64,000 nucleotides of DNA from Geobacteraceae bacterium (GCA_013377075.1 JACABD010000008.1:9119-73118), one strand, 5' to 3'; shown: positions 9,665 to 19,897, counted from the stretch's first letter. Notes: a model not told the origin generated them from the letters alone. Numbers and translations: made by a program.

Positions 9665-9787
9665 AAACAAACACGAGTTTACAAAATAAGGTGTTATGGA
9701 ATTAATAATTAATCTCCTTTAAATCGTTACCGAAACTGCTTTCAGTATTTTGTACCAATAAAAATCAAATATCCTGGAGGGATCAAG

Positions 9788-10642
9788 ATGCAATATGTCC
9801 TGAAGGTCTGCCAAGTGGCAGTGGTCTCCATGTTTCTGATATCGGCTTCGATTGCCTTTAGCGATGACGGCAAGAGTCTGTTTGACAAGCAGTGCAGCAG
9901 TTGCCACTCCATTGGCGGAGGGGAGGGGGGAGGCCCTGATTTGAAAGGGGTTGGGGCCAAGCGGCCAGAGGCGTGGCTGTTGCGGGTCATTGTCGAGCCG
10001 GACAAGCTGACTGCCGATAAGGATTCGGTACAGGAGGGGCTGGTCAAGAAATACGGCTACGAGATGCCGAATGTGGGTGTCAGTCGCGATGATGCCAAAA
10101 AAATCATAGCTTATCTGAAGAAGAGCGGTGGTGGTGATGGGCAGGTAAATGGTGAAAAGAGTGCTCCGTCAGCTTCCGCGAAAGATGGTGCTGTTGTGAC
10201 TGCTGCGCCGGAAGCAGCAGTTGAGACTTCACCAAAGCTTGCCCTGCTGGTGTTGACACCGGAGCTTATTGCCAATGGCCGTGCCCTGTTCATTGGCGAA
10301 AAGAAATTTGCCAAGGGTGGGGCGCCATGCGCATCCTGTCATGCATTCGGATCTCAGGGGGTGGTAAGTGGCAATCTTGCAGCAGATCTCTCAGGAATGT
10401 ACGAAAAAATGGGGGAGCAGGGGGTGCGTGGTGTTCTCAAGGCGCTAAAATTCCCGACCATGAAAAAGATCTATGCTGATAAGTCGCTTACCGACGAGGA
10501 GATTACAGCACTAGTTGCATTTACCAAGGACGGAGCCGCTCAAAAAAGTCCGGCAGGTGGCGGCAGTTTCCCGCTGGCAGGTGTGGCTCTTCTGGTCTGT
10601 GCAATCATAGCTCTTAGCATCTACAAGAGGAGGATCGGCTGA
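9788..10642 (+). CDS. Membrane-anchored dihaem cytochrome c, NarC-like first gene of the nar cluster
   Basis: Signal peptide ...SMFLISASIAFS/DD and two CXXCH sites (CSSCH, CASCH) separated by an Ala/Gly/Ser-rich linker. C-terminal TM FPLAGVALLVCAIIALSIY. The stop overlaps the narG ATG (TGATG). Confidence 0.8.
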   Translation: MQYVLKVCQVAVVSMFLISASIAFSDDGKSLFDKQCSSCHSIGGGEGGGPDLKGVGAKRPEAWLLRVIVEPDKLTADKDSVQEGLVKKYGYEMPNVGVSRDDAKKIIAYLKKSGGGDGQVNGEKSAPSASAKDGAVVTAAPEAAVETSPKLALLVLTPELIANGRALFIGEKKFAKGGAPCASCHAFGSQGVVSGNLAADLSGMYEKMGEQGVRGVLKALKFPTMKKIYADKSLTDEEITALVAFTKDGAAQKSPAGGGSFPLAGVALLVCAIIALSIYKRRIG

Positions 10643-13600
10643 TGTCGCGAGATAGAATTAAAGACGAGGTATGTCCGGCAGGCCAGGAGTGGGAAGAGTT
10701 TTACCGGAACCGCTGGCAATATGACAAAGTGGTGCGTAGCGCCCACGGGGTTAACTGCACCGGCGCCTGTAGCTGGATGGTGCATGTAAAGGACGGCATT
10801 GTCGCCTGGGAGTTGCAAGCCAACGACTACCCACAGTTTAACGGTGACCTTCCCAATCATGAGCCCCGCGGCTGCCCCCGGGGAATCAGTTTTTCCTGGT
10901 ATCTCTACAGCCCGCTACGGGTCAAGCACCCCTACATGCGCGGTGTTCTGATCGATCTCTGGCGTCAGGCCAGAGAAACTCATGCCGATCCGGTCGAGGC
11001 GTGGAAGAGCATCGTCGAGAACCCCGAATCCCGCGAAAGCTATGTTACCAAGCGTGGCATGGGGGGCTTCCGCCGTGCGACCTGGGACGAAGCGAATGAG
11101 CTGATCGCAGCATCATCCCTCTATACAGCCAAGAAGCATGGCCCGGACCGGGTAATCGGCTTTTCTCCCATCCCGGCCATGTCCATGATCAGTTACGCTG
11201 CCGGAACTCGCTTTCTCCAGCTGCTAGGCGGCGTTGCCATGAGTTTCTACGACTGGTACTGCGACCTGCCACCGGCTTCGCCACAGGTCTGGGGTGAGCA
11301 GACCGATGTCAACGAATCGGCTGACTGGTATAACGCTTCCTACATCGTCCTCTGTGGATCAAATGTCCCCATGACCCGCACCCCGGATGCCCATTTCATG
11401 ACCGAGGCCCGCTATCGCGGCACCAAGGTAGTGGTCATGTCGCCGGATTATAATATGGCCTGCAAGTTTGCCGACGCCTGGATGCCAGTTGAGCAGGGGC
11501 ATGACGGCGCCTTCTGGATGGCGGTCAACCATGTCATCCTGACCGAATTCTACGCCAATCGCCAGGTCCCTTTCTTCGACGATTATGTGCGCAAGTACAC
11601 CGATCTGCCGTTTCTGGTCAAACTATCCGAGAAGGACGGCACCCTGCGTCAGGGAGAATTCCTGCGTGCCGCTGAACTGGAGAGGTGTGCAGATATTGAG
11701 AACGCCGACTGGACCCTTTGTGTCGGTGACAGTGCCGGTAACGTCCGCATCCCCCATGGCAGCCTCGGTTCTCGCTGGAGCAAGCAGGAGGGGAACTGGA
11801 ATCTGGACATGGTGGATATGGTGGATGGCGGCGACATCGACTGTGCCATGACCAATCTGGGGCAGGAGTCCAGGGCTGTCCGTTTTACCTTTGAAGCCGA
11901 CGGAGACATTGTCAGAAATGTGCCGATCCGGCGCGTCTTGACAAAGGATGGCGAGGTTATTGTCGCCACCGTGTTCGACCTGATGATGGCTCAGTTCGGC
12001 GTTCCGCGGGGACTTGACGGTGATTATCCGAAAGACTATCAGGATGACAAGCCATTCACTCCGGCGTGGCAGGAGAAATATACCGGCATAGCCGCCGAGA
12101 GCCTGATCACCATGGCTCGTGAATGGGCAGTGAACGGCGAGCAGAGTAGCGGTCGCAACATGATCATTGTCGGCGCTGGCATCAACCACTGGTACCACAA
12201 CGACCTGATCTACCGGGCCGCCATCACCGCTCTGATATTGACCGGCAGCGTTGGCAGGAACGGTGGTGGGCTCGGCCATTACGTCGGTCAGGAGAAGGTC
12301 GTGCCGCTTGCGCCCTGGACCAGTATCGCCATGGCCCAGGACTGGACAAAGGCTTCACGGCTGCAGAATACACCTAGTTTCTGGTACATGCACTCCGATC
12401 AATGGCGCTATGACCGTAACTTTGTCGACTATTTCAAACCGGAGACCGGCGAAAACATGCCGATGCACACCGCCGACTTTAATGCCAAAGCGGTCCGACT
12501 CGGCTGGCTCCCTTTCTCCCCGCACTTTAACGAGAGCCCGGTCCGTCTAATGGAGCAGGCTGCTGCAGCAGGTGCTACGACCGATGACGAGGTCCGCGCC
12601 TGGTTGGTCACGCGTCTCAAGAGCGGTGAGACACGTTTTGCCATTGAAGATCCGGATGGCGAAGGTAATTCGCCCAAGGTCTGGTTTATCTGGCGCGGCA
12701 ATGCCATCTCCTCAAGTGCCAAAGGGCATGAATTCTTCCTCAAGCATGTCATCGGCGCTCCTAACAGCAGCTTTACCGCCAGAGAGGCCGCCAAGGGGCA
12801 GGTCAAGGATATTGTCTGGCATGAGAAGGCGCCCACCGGAAAAATGGATCTGGTGGTTGACCTGAACTTCCGCATGGATACTTCGACCCTCTATTCTGAC
12901 ATCGTCCTCCCGGCAGCAACCTGGTACGAGAAATCCGATCTGAATACCACCGACATGCACTCATTTGTCAACTGCATGGACGCCGCTGTTGATCCCGCCT
13001 GGGAGTCCAAATCAGACTGGAATATCTTTGCCGGTATCGCCAAAAAGGTCAGTGAACTGGCACCAAATCACTTTCCAGCTCCGTTCAAGGATATTCTGGC
13101 GACACCGCTACTGCACGACACACCTGGTGAAATCGCCCAGCGGAGCGTCAAGGACTGGAAACTGGGGGAGTGTGAGGCAATCCCTGGCAAGACCATGCCG
13201 AATCTCCCCATAGTGGAGCGCGACTACGTCAACCTCTACAACCGTTTCATGTCGCTCGGGCCACACATCGGCCATCTCCATGCCCACGGAGTGAATTTTG
13301 AGGCTGAGGATGTGCACGAAAAGCTGCTCAAGGAGATGCCGACCCGTTTCTGGGGTGGCAAAACCTGCGTTGACCTAGAGGATGCCCGTATCGTCGCTGA
13401 CGTGCTGATGGCTTTTGCGCCGGAAACCAACGGCGAACTCGCACACCGCGCCTATCAGAACCTGGAGAAGCGGGTCGGCAAGCCGCTCAGCCAGATTTCA
13501 GCCGGTAACCGCGACTTCCGTGTCAGCTGGGAAGATATCACCCAGAAACCGCAGCGTTTTATCAGTACGCCGGTCTGGAGCGGCCTGGTCAACGAGAATC

Positions 13601-14217
13601 GACCTTATGCACCGTACACGCTGAACGTGGAGCATGGCGTCCCCTGGCGCACCCTCTCCGGCCGCCAGTCCCTTTATCTTGATCATCCTTATTACGGTGA
13701 GTTTCACGAGGGGCTGCCAACCTTCAAAGCCAAGCTTGACCCGGCTATACTCGATGAAACCGAGGGTGAAACCGGTCTGGTTCTGAATTTTCTTACGCCG
13801 CACGGTAAGTGGGGCATCCACTCCACTTACACCGATAACCAGCGGATGCTGACCCTTTCCCGGGGCGGCCCGGTCGTCTGGCTCAATCATGAAGACGCGG
13901 CCGGTGCCGGTATTGAAGACAATGAGGCGATTGAGGTCTTTAACGCCAACGGTGTTGTTACCAGCCGCGCCTGCGTTTCGTCACGAATTCCAAAAGGGGC
14001 TGCCGTTATGTATCACGCCCCGGAAAGAACCCTGGACATCAAAAAATCCCGCAAAAGCGGCAAGCGCGGCGGAGTGCACAACAGCCTCTCCCGCATCCGC
14101 CTGAAGCCGACGCTGATGCTTGGCGGTTATGCACAGTTCAGTTACTACTTCAACTACTGGGGGCCGACCGGCGTTAACCGGGATAGCTACGTGGTTGTCA
14201 GAAAGTTGAGGGGGTGA
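10642..14217 (+). CDS. narG: Respiratory nitrate reductase alpha subunit (Mo-bisMGD)
   Basis: 1191 aa. The N-terminal HGVNCTGACSW is the NarG-type FS0 cluster motif (H-x3-C-x3-C). No twin-arginine signal, so the active site is cytoplasmic. Followed by narHJI. Confidence 0.93.
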   Translation: MSRDRIKDEVCPAGQEWEEFYRNRWQYDKVVRSAHGVNCTGACSWMVHVKDGIVAWELQANDYPQFNGDLPNHEPRGCPRGISFSWYLYSPLRVKHPYMRGVLIDLWRQARETHADPVEAWKSIVENPESRESYVTKRGMGGFRRATWDEANELIAASSLYTAKKHGPDRVIGFSPIPAMSMISYAAGTRFLQLLGGVAMSFYDWYCDLPPASPQVWGEQTDVNESADWYNASYIVLCGSNVPMTRTPDAHFMTEARYRGTKVVVMSPDYNMACKFADAWMPVEQGHDGAFWMAVNHVILTEFYANRQVPFFDDYVRKYTDLPFLVKLSEKDGTLRQGEFLRAAELERCADIENADWTLCVGDSAGNVRIPHGSLGSRWSKQEGNWNLDMVDMVDGGDIDCAMTNLGQESRAVRFTFEADGDIVRNVPIRRVLTKDGEVIVATVFDLMMAQFGVPRGLDGDYPKDYQDDKPFTPAWQEKYTGIAAESLITMAREWAVNGEQSSGRNMIIVGAGINHWYHNDLIYRAAITALILTGSVGRNGGGLGHYVGQEKVVPLAPWTSIAMAQDWTKASRLQNTPSFWYMHSDQWRYDRNFVDYFKPETGENMPMHTADFNAKAVRLGWLPFSPHFNESPVRLMEQAAAAGATTDDEVRAWLVTRLKSGETRFAIEDPDGEGNSPKVWFIWRGNAISSSAKGHEFFLKHVIGAPNSSFTAREAAKGQVKDIVWHEKAPTGKMDLVVDLNFRMDTSTLYSDIVLPAATWYEKSDLNTTDMHSFVNCMDAAVDPAWESKSDWNIFAGIAKKVSELAPNHFPAPFKDILATPLLHDTPGEIAQRSVKDWKLGECEAIPGKTMPNLPIVERDYVNLYNRFMSLGPHIGHLHAHGVNFEAEDVHEKLLKEMPTRFWGGKTCVDLEDARIVADVLMAFAPETNGELAHRAYQNLEKRVGKPLSQISAGNRDFRVSWEDITQKPQRFISTPVWSGLVNENRPYAPYTLNVEHGVPWRTLSGRQSLYLDHPYYGEFHEGLPTFKAKLDPAILDETEGETGLVLNFLTPHGKWGIHSTYTDNQRMLTLSRGGPVVWLNHEDAAGAGIEDNEAIEVFNANGVVTSRACVSSRIPKGAAVMYHAPERTLDIKKSRKSGKRGGVHNSLSRIRLKPTLMLGGYAQFSYYFNYWGPTGVNRDSYVVVRKLRG

Positions 14218-14221
14218 AGCG

Positions 14222-15673
14222 ATGAACGTCAGAGCACAACTGGTAATGGTATTCAATCTTGACAAATGCATCGGCTGCCACGCCTGCAGCATCTCCTGCA
14301 AGAACATCTGGACCGACAGGAAGGGTGCCGAGTACATGTGGTGGAACAACGTCGAAACCAAGCCTGGCGTCGGTTATCCGAAAAACTGGGAAAATCAGGA
14401 CAGATTCAAGGGTGGCTGGCGGCGTGATGACGGCAAGCTGAAGTTGCGGGCTCTGGGGAAAGGGCCGACACTTCTCAATATGTTCTTCCAGCCCAACATG
14501 CCGAAACTCGATGATTACTACGAGCCGTTTGACTTCGATTACAGCAATCTCTACAAGGCGCCTCCCGGCAGCGACCAGCCGGTGGCTGAGGCAATTTCAC
14601 AAATCTCCGGCAAGCGGATGGAAGAGATCAAGAACGGCCCCAACTGGGATGACGACCTCTCCGGCTCGCAGATCTATGCCGTCCAGGATGTTAATCTCGA
14701 AGACAGCACCCTGGTCGCTGACTACGGTCGCATGTTCATGCAGTATCTCCCCCGTATCTGCAATCACTGCCTCAATCCGGCCTGCGTCGCTTCCTGCCCG
14801 TCCAGAGCCATCTACAAGCGGGGTGAAGACGGTGTCGTTCTGGTGGATCAGGAGGTCTGCAAGGGGTGGCGGTTCTGCACCAGCGCCTGTCCATACAAGA
14901 AAGTCTATTTCAACTGGCAGAGCGGCAAGGCGGAAAAGTGTATCTTCTGCTTCCCCCGCACCGAGTCCGGCCAGTGCAACGCCTGCGCCCACAGCTGCGT
15001 CGGCAGGATCCGTCATGTCGGCGTGCTGCTCTATGATGCTGATCGGGTTGAAGCGGCGCTCTTAAAAGAGGATGACCAGTTGGTAGCGGCCCATCGCGAC
15101 GTTATTCTTGACCCCCACGATCCGCAGGTCCGGGAAGCCGCCCGCAAGAATGGCGTTAGCGATCAGTGGCTTGAGGCAGCCGACAAATCCCCGGTATACG
15201 CTCTGGTGAAGGAGTTTGCCGTGGCCCTGCCGCTGCACCCTGAATTCAGGACCATGCCGATGGCCTACTATATTCCGTCCCTCTCCCCGGTTATTTCCAG
15301 CGGCGGAGATCTCCATACGCTGGCCGACCATGGTACTTTCCCGCTGCTGGAAACGATGCGTGCGCCGATCAGCTTCCTGGCAAGCCTTCTCTCAGGCGGC
15401 AACCAGGAGATAATTGCCGAGGTGCTGCGCAAGCAGATCGCCCTGCGGCTCTTCAAACGGGCCGAAAATCTCGGCCAGTCAATTGAATCGTCCATTCTGA
15501 AAAATGCCGGTCTGGATGAGGCTGGTGCCAACAAGCTCTACCGCCTCTTCACCATCGCCCCCTATCGTGAACGCTTCATTGTACCGACCCAACAGCGGGA
15601 GGTACAGAATCCGGAAGAGCGCAAGGGCTCCAGCGGCTTTGGTATTCTGAAGAAGACCAGGAGGGCGAAGTGA
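14222..15673 (+). CDS. narH: Respiratory nitrate reductase beta subunit (Fe-S)
   Basis: Four Cys clusters: CIGCHACSISCK, CNHCLNPACVASCP, CKGWRFCTSACP and CIFCFPR...CAHSC. Confidence 0.93.
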   Translation: MNVRAQLVMVFNLDKCIGCHACSISCKNIWTDRKGAEYMWWNNVETKPGVGYPKNWENQDRFKGGWRRDDGKLKLRALGKGPTLLNMFFQPNMPKLDDYYEPFDFDYSNLYKAPPGSDQPVAEAISQISGKRMEEIKNGPNWDDDLSGSQIYAVQDVNLEDSTLVADYGRMFMQYLPRICNHCLNPACVASCPSRAIYKRGEDGVVLVDQEVCKGWRFCTSACPYKKVYFNWQSGKAEKCIFCFPRTESGQCNACAHSCVGRIRHVGVLLYDADRVEAALLKEDDQLVAAHRDVILDPHDPQVREAARKNGVSDQWLEAADKSPVYALVKEFAVALPLHPEFRTMPMAYYIPSLSPVISSGGDLHTLADHGTFPLLETMRAPISFLASLLSGGNQEIIAEVLRKQIALRLFKRAENLGQSIESSILKNAGLDEAGANKLYRLFTIAPYRERFIVPTQQREVQNPEERKGSSGFGILKKTRRAK

Positions 15674-16218
15674 CCAGAGCCGACAGCTACGAAGCCCTCT
15701 CGCGGATGATAGATTATCCGGCGGAGAAAGCCGGACTGCAGAGTGACTGCACTATGGTGAGTGGCTTCATGAAGCAGCAGAAGATGAATGTTAGGCTGCT
15801 TTCGGATTTTGCTGATTTTGCCGAGACAGCAACTCTGGCTGCTCTTCAGGAGGAGTACGTCGCCACCTTTGATTTCAATCCGGCCACAGCCCCCTATCTC
15901 GGCCATCACCTGTTTGGTGACAATCAAAAGAAGGGGGGGTACATGATCATGCTGAAGCAGGAGTACCAGCGGTGCGGCTACAGTCCTGAAGGGGTCGAAC
16001 TGCCTGATCACCTCTCCGTGGTGCTGGGATTCCTGGCCTATCTCGCCCGTCACGAAGGTGGAGTTCAAAGGCAGAAATTCATTGCCGATTCTGTTTTGCC
16101 CGGGGTTGAACGTCTGCTTGCCGCCTTTGGTGAGAGGCAGGAGTCGCCGTGGAAAACTCTGGTTGAAACAGCAAGGCTGCTCTGTGCTGAAGATTGCAAG
16201 GAGGTGCATTCATGTTAG
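15670..16218 (+). CDS. narJ: Nitrate reductase maturation chaperone (NarJ/TorD-type)
   Basis: 182-aa cytosolic protein between narH and narI. The GTG start overlaps the narH stop (GTGA). Position and size fit NarJ; sequence similarity was judged only loosely by eye. Confidence 0.65.
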   Translation: MTRADSYEALSRMIDYPAEKAGLQSDCTMVSGFMKQQKMNVRLLSDFADFAETATLAALQEEYVATFDFNPATAPYLGHHLFGDNQKKGGYMIMLKQEYQRCGYSPEGVELPDHLSVVLGFLAYLARHEGGVQRQKFIADSVLPGVERLLAAFGERQESPWKTLVETARLLCAEDCKEVHSC

Positions 16219-16898
16219 ACAGTTTCATTTTTGTCGTTATGCCCTACGCCGCCCTGGCGCTAATGATCTTTGTTACACCCTACCGCTATTTCAGCAACCG
16301 GCTGACCTGGACAGCCTATTCAACCCAATTTCTGGAGCGGGATAAACTCTTCTGGGGTTCCGTGCCGTGGCATTTCGGTATTCTTTTAGTGCTTCTTGGC
16401 CACTTTGCCGGTGTTGTCTGTCCCCATGGCATGGCCAGGTTACTGGCCAACCAGCAGATGCTGGTGCTCCTTGAGAGCATCGGCCTTGCCGCAGGTCTGC
16501 TTGCGCTCCTTGGCAGCGTCATGCTGCTCTTGAGGCGGATAAATGATGGGACTTTGAAGCGGGTCACCTTTTGTAGTGACTGGGTGCTCCTCTATCTGCT
16601 CATCATGCAGGCAGCCACAGGGATCTATATCGCCACATTCATGCGCTGGGGCTCGGTCTGGTATCTGCATACCGCAGTGCCGTATTTTTACTCGCTCCTC
16701 TCATTTAAGCCGGAGCTTGGCTATGTAGCGGACTTCCCGCTGATCTTCAAACTGCACTCGGCCGGAGCCTTCCTGATACTGGCGCTGCTCCCCTTTACCA
16801 AGCTGGTGCATCTGCTCTTCTGGCCGCTGGCATTTCTGAGAGATCCACCGATTCTTTACCGCTGGCGGTCGCAGCGGGGCAACAGCAGGGATTTTTAA
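16212..16898 (+). CDS. narI: Respiratory nitrate reductase gamma subunit (dihaem b, membrane)
   Basis: 5 TM segments with His pairs PWHFGILLVLLGHF and KLHSAGAFLILALLPFTKLVH. AGGAGG lies 8 nt upstream of ATG 16212, preferred over the TTG at 16194. Confidence 0.85.
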   Translation: MLDSFIFVVMPYAALALMIFVTPYRYFSNRLTWTAYSTQFLERDKLFWGSVPWHFGILLVLLGHFAGVVCPHGMARLLANQQMLVLLESIGLAAGLLALLGSVMLLLRRINDGTLKRVTFCSDWVLLYLLIMQAATGIYIATFMRWGSVWYLHTAVPYFYSLLSFKPELGYVADFPLIFKLHSAGAFLILALLPFTKLVHLLFWPLAFLRDPPILYRWRSQRGNSRDF

Positions 16899-16925
16899 GG
16901 ATCTACCTCAAGGAGGAGTTTGCAG

Positions 16926-18446
16926 ATGCTGGAAGTCGCAACCTGGAAATCCCATAAAAACCTCTTTTTAAACACCCTGGCCTTTACGGTCTGCTTTGCC
17001 GCCTGGATGTTCAACGGTGTACTGGTGACCTTTCTGGTGGACAATCAGGTCTTCAACTGGGGGCCGGTGCAGATCGGCTGGCTGTTCGGCATTCCGGTTC
17101 TGACCGGCTCCATATTTCGCCTGCCTGCCGGGATGCTGACCGATAAGTTCGGCGGGAAGCCTGTTTACGGGACGCTGCTGATTCTCTGCGCCATCCCGAT
17201 GTATCTGCTCTCCAAGGCTGACGGATTTACCTCCTTTGCCCTTTGCAGCTTCGGCTTTGGCATGGCAGGAGTCAGTTTTTCCATCGGCATTGCCTTTAGC
17301 TCTGTCTGGTATCCCCGCGAGCGGCAGGGGACGGCGCTCGGTATTTTCGGCGCAGGCAACGCAGGTGCGGCGCTGACGACGCTGCTCGCCCCGACCATAC
17401 TCAACAAGCTGACCAATAACGGCGCCAATATCGAGGGGTGGCGTGATCTGCCGGTCTATTACGCCCTGATACTTGCATCCATGGGGGTCATTTTCTTCAT
17501 CTTCAGCGACAACAGGAAACCGGCCAGCTCCAACAAAACGTTTCTACAGATGCTGACACCGCTCAAACATCTGCGCGTCTGGCGCTTTGGCCTCTACTAT
17601 TTCTTGGTATTCGGCTGTTTTGTGGCCTTCTCCCAGTGGCTCGTCCCCTATTTTGTCAATGTCTATTACCTGCCGCTGGTCACTGCCGGCCTGTTCGCCT
17701 CCATGTTCAGCCTCCCCTCCGGTGTAATCCGCGCCCTTGGAGGATGGATGTCCGACAAGTTCGGCGGACGGCAGATCATGTACTGGGTACTTGGGAGTTC
17801 GACGGTCATCAGCTTGATGGTGATGATTCCTAAAATGGAGATTCAATCCCCCGGACGGGGGGTCATGGCCAAGCGTGCCGGAGTGGTGCAGACGGTGACA
17901 GACGGCTCAGTCGTGGTGAAGGAGGTTAAACTCACCGCGGAAGTTCTCGGCGATCAGACTTACAAACTAAAGGCAAAACCCGAAGTTCTGCAAAGCTTTG
18001 ACGACCAGGTTCTCGTCCTCCCCGGCAAGCAGACCTGGCAGGAGCCTGTGGTGAAGCCGGGGCAGACGGTCAAGAAGAAGGAGCTGTTGGCCAAAGGGGT
18101 AACCAGAATCTATTTTCAGGCCAATGTCTGGATATTTGCCGTATTGGTTCTGCTGCTCGGCACCATCTGGGGGATTGGCAAGGCGGCGGTCTATAAACTG
18201 ATCCCTGATTACTTCCCTGAGGAGGTAGGTGTTGTCGGCGGCATGGTGGGGGTGCTTGGCGGTCTGGGCGGTTTTGTCTGTCCCATCGTCTTCGGCTACC
18301 TGCTTGAATGGACCGGCCTCTGGACCAGTTGCTGGATATTCATGCTGTTTCTCTCCATTGCCTGCCTGGTTTCGCTGCACTATGTTGTACAAAAAATGAT
18401 GAACGATAAACATCCCGGAGATATGCGGGTGTTTGAAAATAACTGA
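16926..18446 (+). CDS. narK: NarK-type MFS nitrate/nitrite transporter with about 95-aa inserted loop domain
   Basis: 12 predicted TM segments and MFS motifs RLPAGMLTDKFGGK and GGWMSDKFGGR. AGGAGG lies 9 nt upstream of ATG 16926. A hydrophilic insert lies between TM9 and TM10. Confidence 0.85.
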   Translation: MLEVATWKSHKNLFLNTLAFTVCFAAWMFNGVLVTFLVDNQVFNWGPVQIGWLFGIPVLTGSIFRLPAGMLTDKFGGKPVYGTLLILCAIPMYLLSKADGFTSFALCSFGFGMAGVSFSIGIAFSSVWYPRERQGTALGIFGAGNAGAALTTLLAPTILNKLTNNGANIEGWRDLPVYYALILASMGVIFFIFSDNRKPASSNKTFLQMLTPLKHLRVWRFGLYYFLVFGCFVAFSQWLVPYFVNVYYLPLVTAGLFASMFSLPSGVIRALGGWMSDKFGGRQIMYWVLGSSTVISLMVMIPKMEIQSPGRGVMAKRAGVVQTVTDGSVVVKEVKLTAEVLGDQTYKLKAKPEVLQSFDDQVLVLPGKQTWQEPVVKPGQTVKKKELLAKGVTRIYFQANVWIFAVLVLLLGTIWGIGKAAVYKLIPDYFPEEVGVVGGMVGVLGGLGGFVCPIVFGYLLEWTGLWTSCWIFMLFLSIACLVSLHYVVQKMMNDKHPGDMRVFENN

Positions 18447-18466
18447 CGGTAGATGAGGAGGCAACA

Positions 18467-19840
18467 ATGGCACGAGTATTAACGATATGGAATCCGGAAG
18501 ACAAGGAATTCTGGGAAAAGGAAGGCAAAGCCATTGCCAATCGCAACCTCTGGATTTCCATCCCGGCGCTGCTACTGGCCTTTTCAGTCTGGATGGTCTG
18601 GTCTATGGTGGTAGTAAAATTACCATTGATCGGTTTCAAATTCGACACTAACCAACTTTTTTGGCTGGCCGCAGTACCGGCGCTCTCTGGTGCTACCTTG
18701 CGTATTTTTTATTCATTTATGGTGCCTATCTTTGGTGGGCGCAGGTGGACCGCAATCTCCACTGCATCTTTGCTCATTCCTGCCATCGGTATCGGTTTTG
18801 CCGTGCGGGAACAGACTACCAGTTACACCATCATGCTTATCCTGGCGCTTCTTTGCGGTTTGGGGGGCGGCAACTTCTCTTCCAGTATGGCTAACATAAG
18901 TTTTTTCTTTCCCAAAGCCCAAAAGGGGACTGCGCTCGGTCTTAATGCCGGTCTAGGTAATCTGGGAGTTTCAGTGATGCAGTTTTTGATCCCTCTGGCA
19001 ATTACCGCCGGAGTCCTTGGTGGGGTCTGCGGTGATCCGCAAGTCTGCGTTGTCAAAGGAGTGACTACCAATCTTTGGCTACAGAACGCCGGCTTCATCT
19101 GGGTACCGTTTATTGTCGCCGCCACCATAGCCGCCTGGTTCGGTATGAATGATATCGCCAGCGCCAAGGCTTCATTCAAGGACCAAGCAGTGATATTCAG
19201 ACGCAAGCATAACTGGTTAATGTGCTGGCTTTATCTCGGTACATTCGGTTCGTTCATCGGCTTTGCCGCAGGGTTTGCCCTTCTCACCAAGAAGCTTTTT
19301 CCGGAGATAGATCCAACCCAGTACGCTTTTCTCGGGCCGCTGGTCGGCGCCATAGCCCGCCCCATCGGAGGTTGGATCTCTGACAAACTTGGCGGTGCAC
19401 GAGTCACCTTCTGGACCTTTATTGCCATGGTGCTGGCAGTGTGCGGTGTGCTGGCATTCATCCCTCACGGAGGACATGGTGGCAACTTCTTTGGTTTTCT
19501 CGCGATGTTCCTGATTCTTTTTACTTTGACCGGCGTCGGTAATGCTTCAACTTTTAGAATGATACCAGTTATTTACATAACTGAACACCAACGAGCCGTT
19601 GAAGGGCGCAACGAAGTTCAGGTTAATATGGATGCGGCCAAGGAGGCGGCCGCTGCGCTCGGTTTTGCAGGCGCCCTCGGGGCCTATGGCGGCTTCTTTA
19701 TCCCCAAAAGCTTTGGCACCTCCATTGCCGCCACTGGTGGCCCGGATGCCGCCCTCTACGGGTTTATAATATTTTACGCCAGTTGCATTGTTATGACCTG
19801 GTGGTACTATTCACGCAAAAATGCAGAGATGCCCTGTTAA
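18467..19840 (+). CDS. narK: NarK-type MFS nitrate/nitrite transporter (second copy)
   Basis: 457 aa, 12 TM segments, with FGGRRWT and GGWISDKLGG motifs. Immediately follows the first narK. Confidence 0.88.
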   Translation: MARVLTIWNPEDKEFWEKEGKAIANRNLWISIPALLLAFSVWMVWSMVVVKLPLIGFKFDTNQLFWLAAVPALSGATLRIFYSFMVPIFGGRRWTAISTASLLIPAIGIGFAVREQTTSYTIMLILALLCGLGGGNFSSSMANISFFFPKAQKGTALGLNAGLGNLGVSVMQFLIPLAITAGVLGGVCGDPQVCVVKGVTTNLWLQNAGFIWVPFIVAATIAAWFGMNDIASAKASFKDQAVIFRRKHNWLMCWLYLGTFGSFIGFAAGFALLTKKLFPEIDPTQYAFLGPLVGAIARPIGGWISDKLGGARVTFWTFIAMVLAVCGVLAFIPHGGHGGNFFGFLAMFLILFTLTGVGNASTFRMIPVIYITEHQRAVEGRNEVQVNMDAAKEAAAALGFAGALGAYGGFFIPKSFGTSIAATGGPDAALYGFIIFYASCIVMTWWYYSRKNAEMPC

Positions 19841-19897
19841 TTTCTGTAGATGCAGGTAACTCACCCAAGCCATAACCACAACAAGGAGACATTAAGC

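Noticed and set aside
11623-12279. 218-aa antisense ORF inside narG, plus similar ones at 12429-12875, 13498-13890, 14597-15016 and 15562-16209
   Set aside because: These are shadow ORFs typical of GC-rich coding DNA. They lie entirely within well-supported nar genes, have low-complexity Ala/Arg/Pro-rich translations, and show no ribosome-binding site that I could see.
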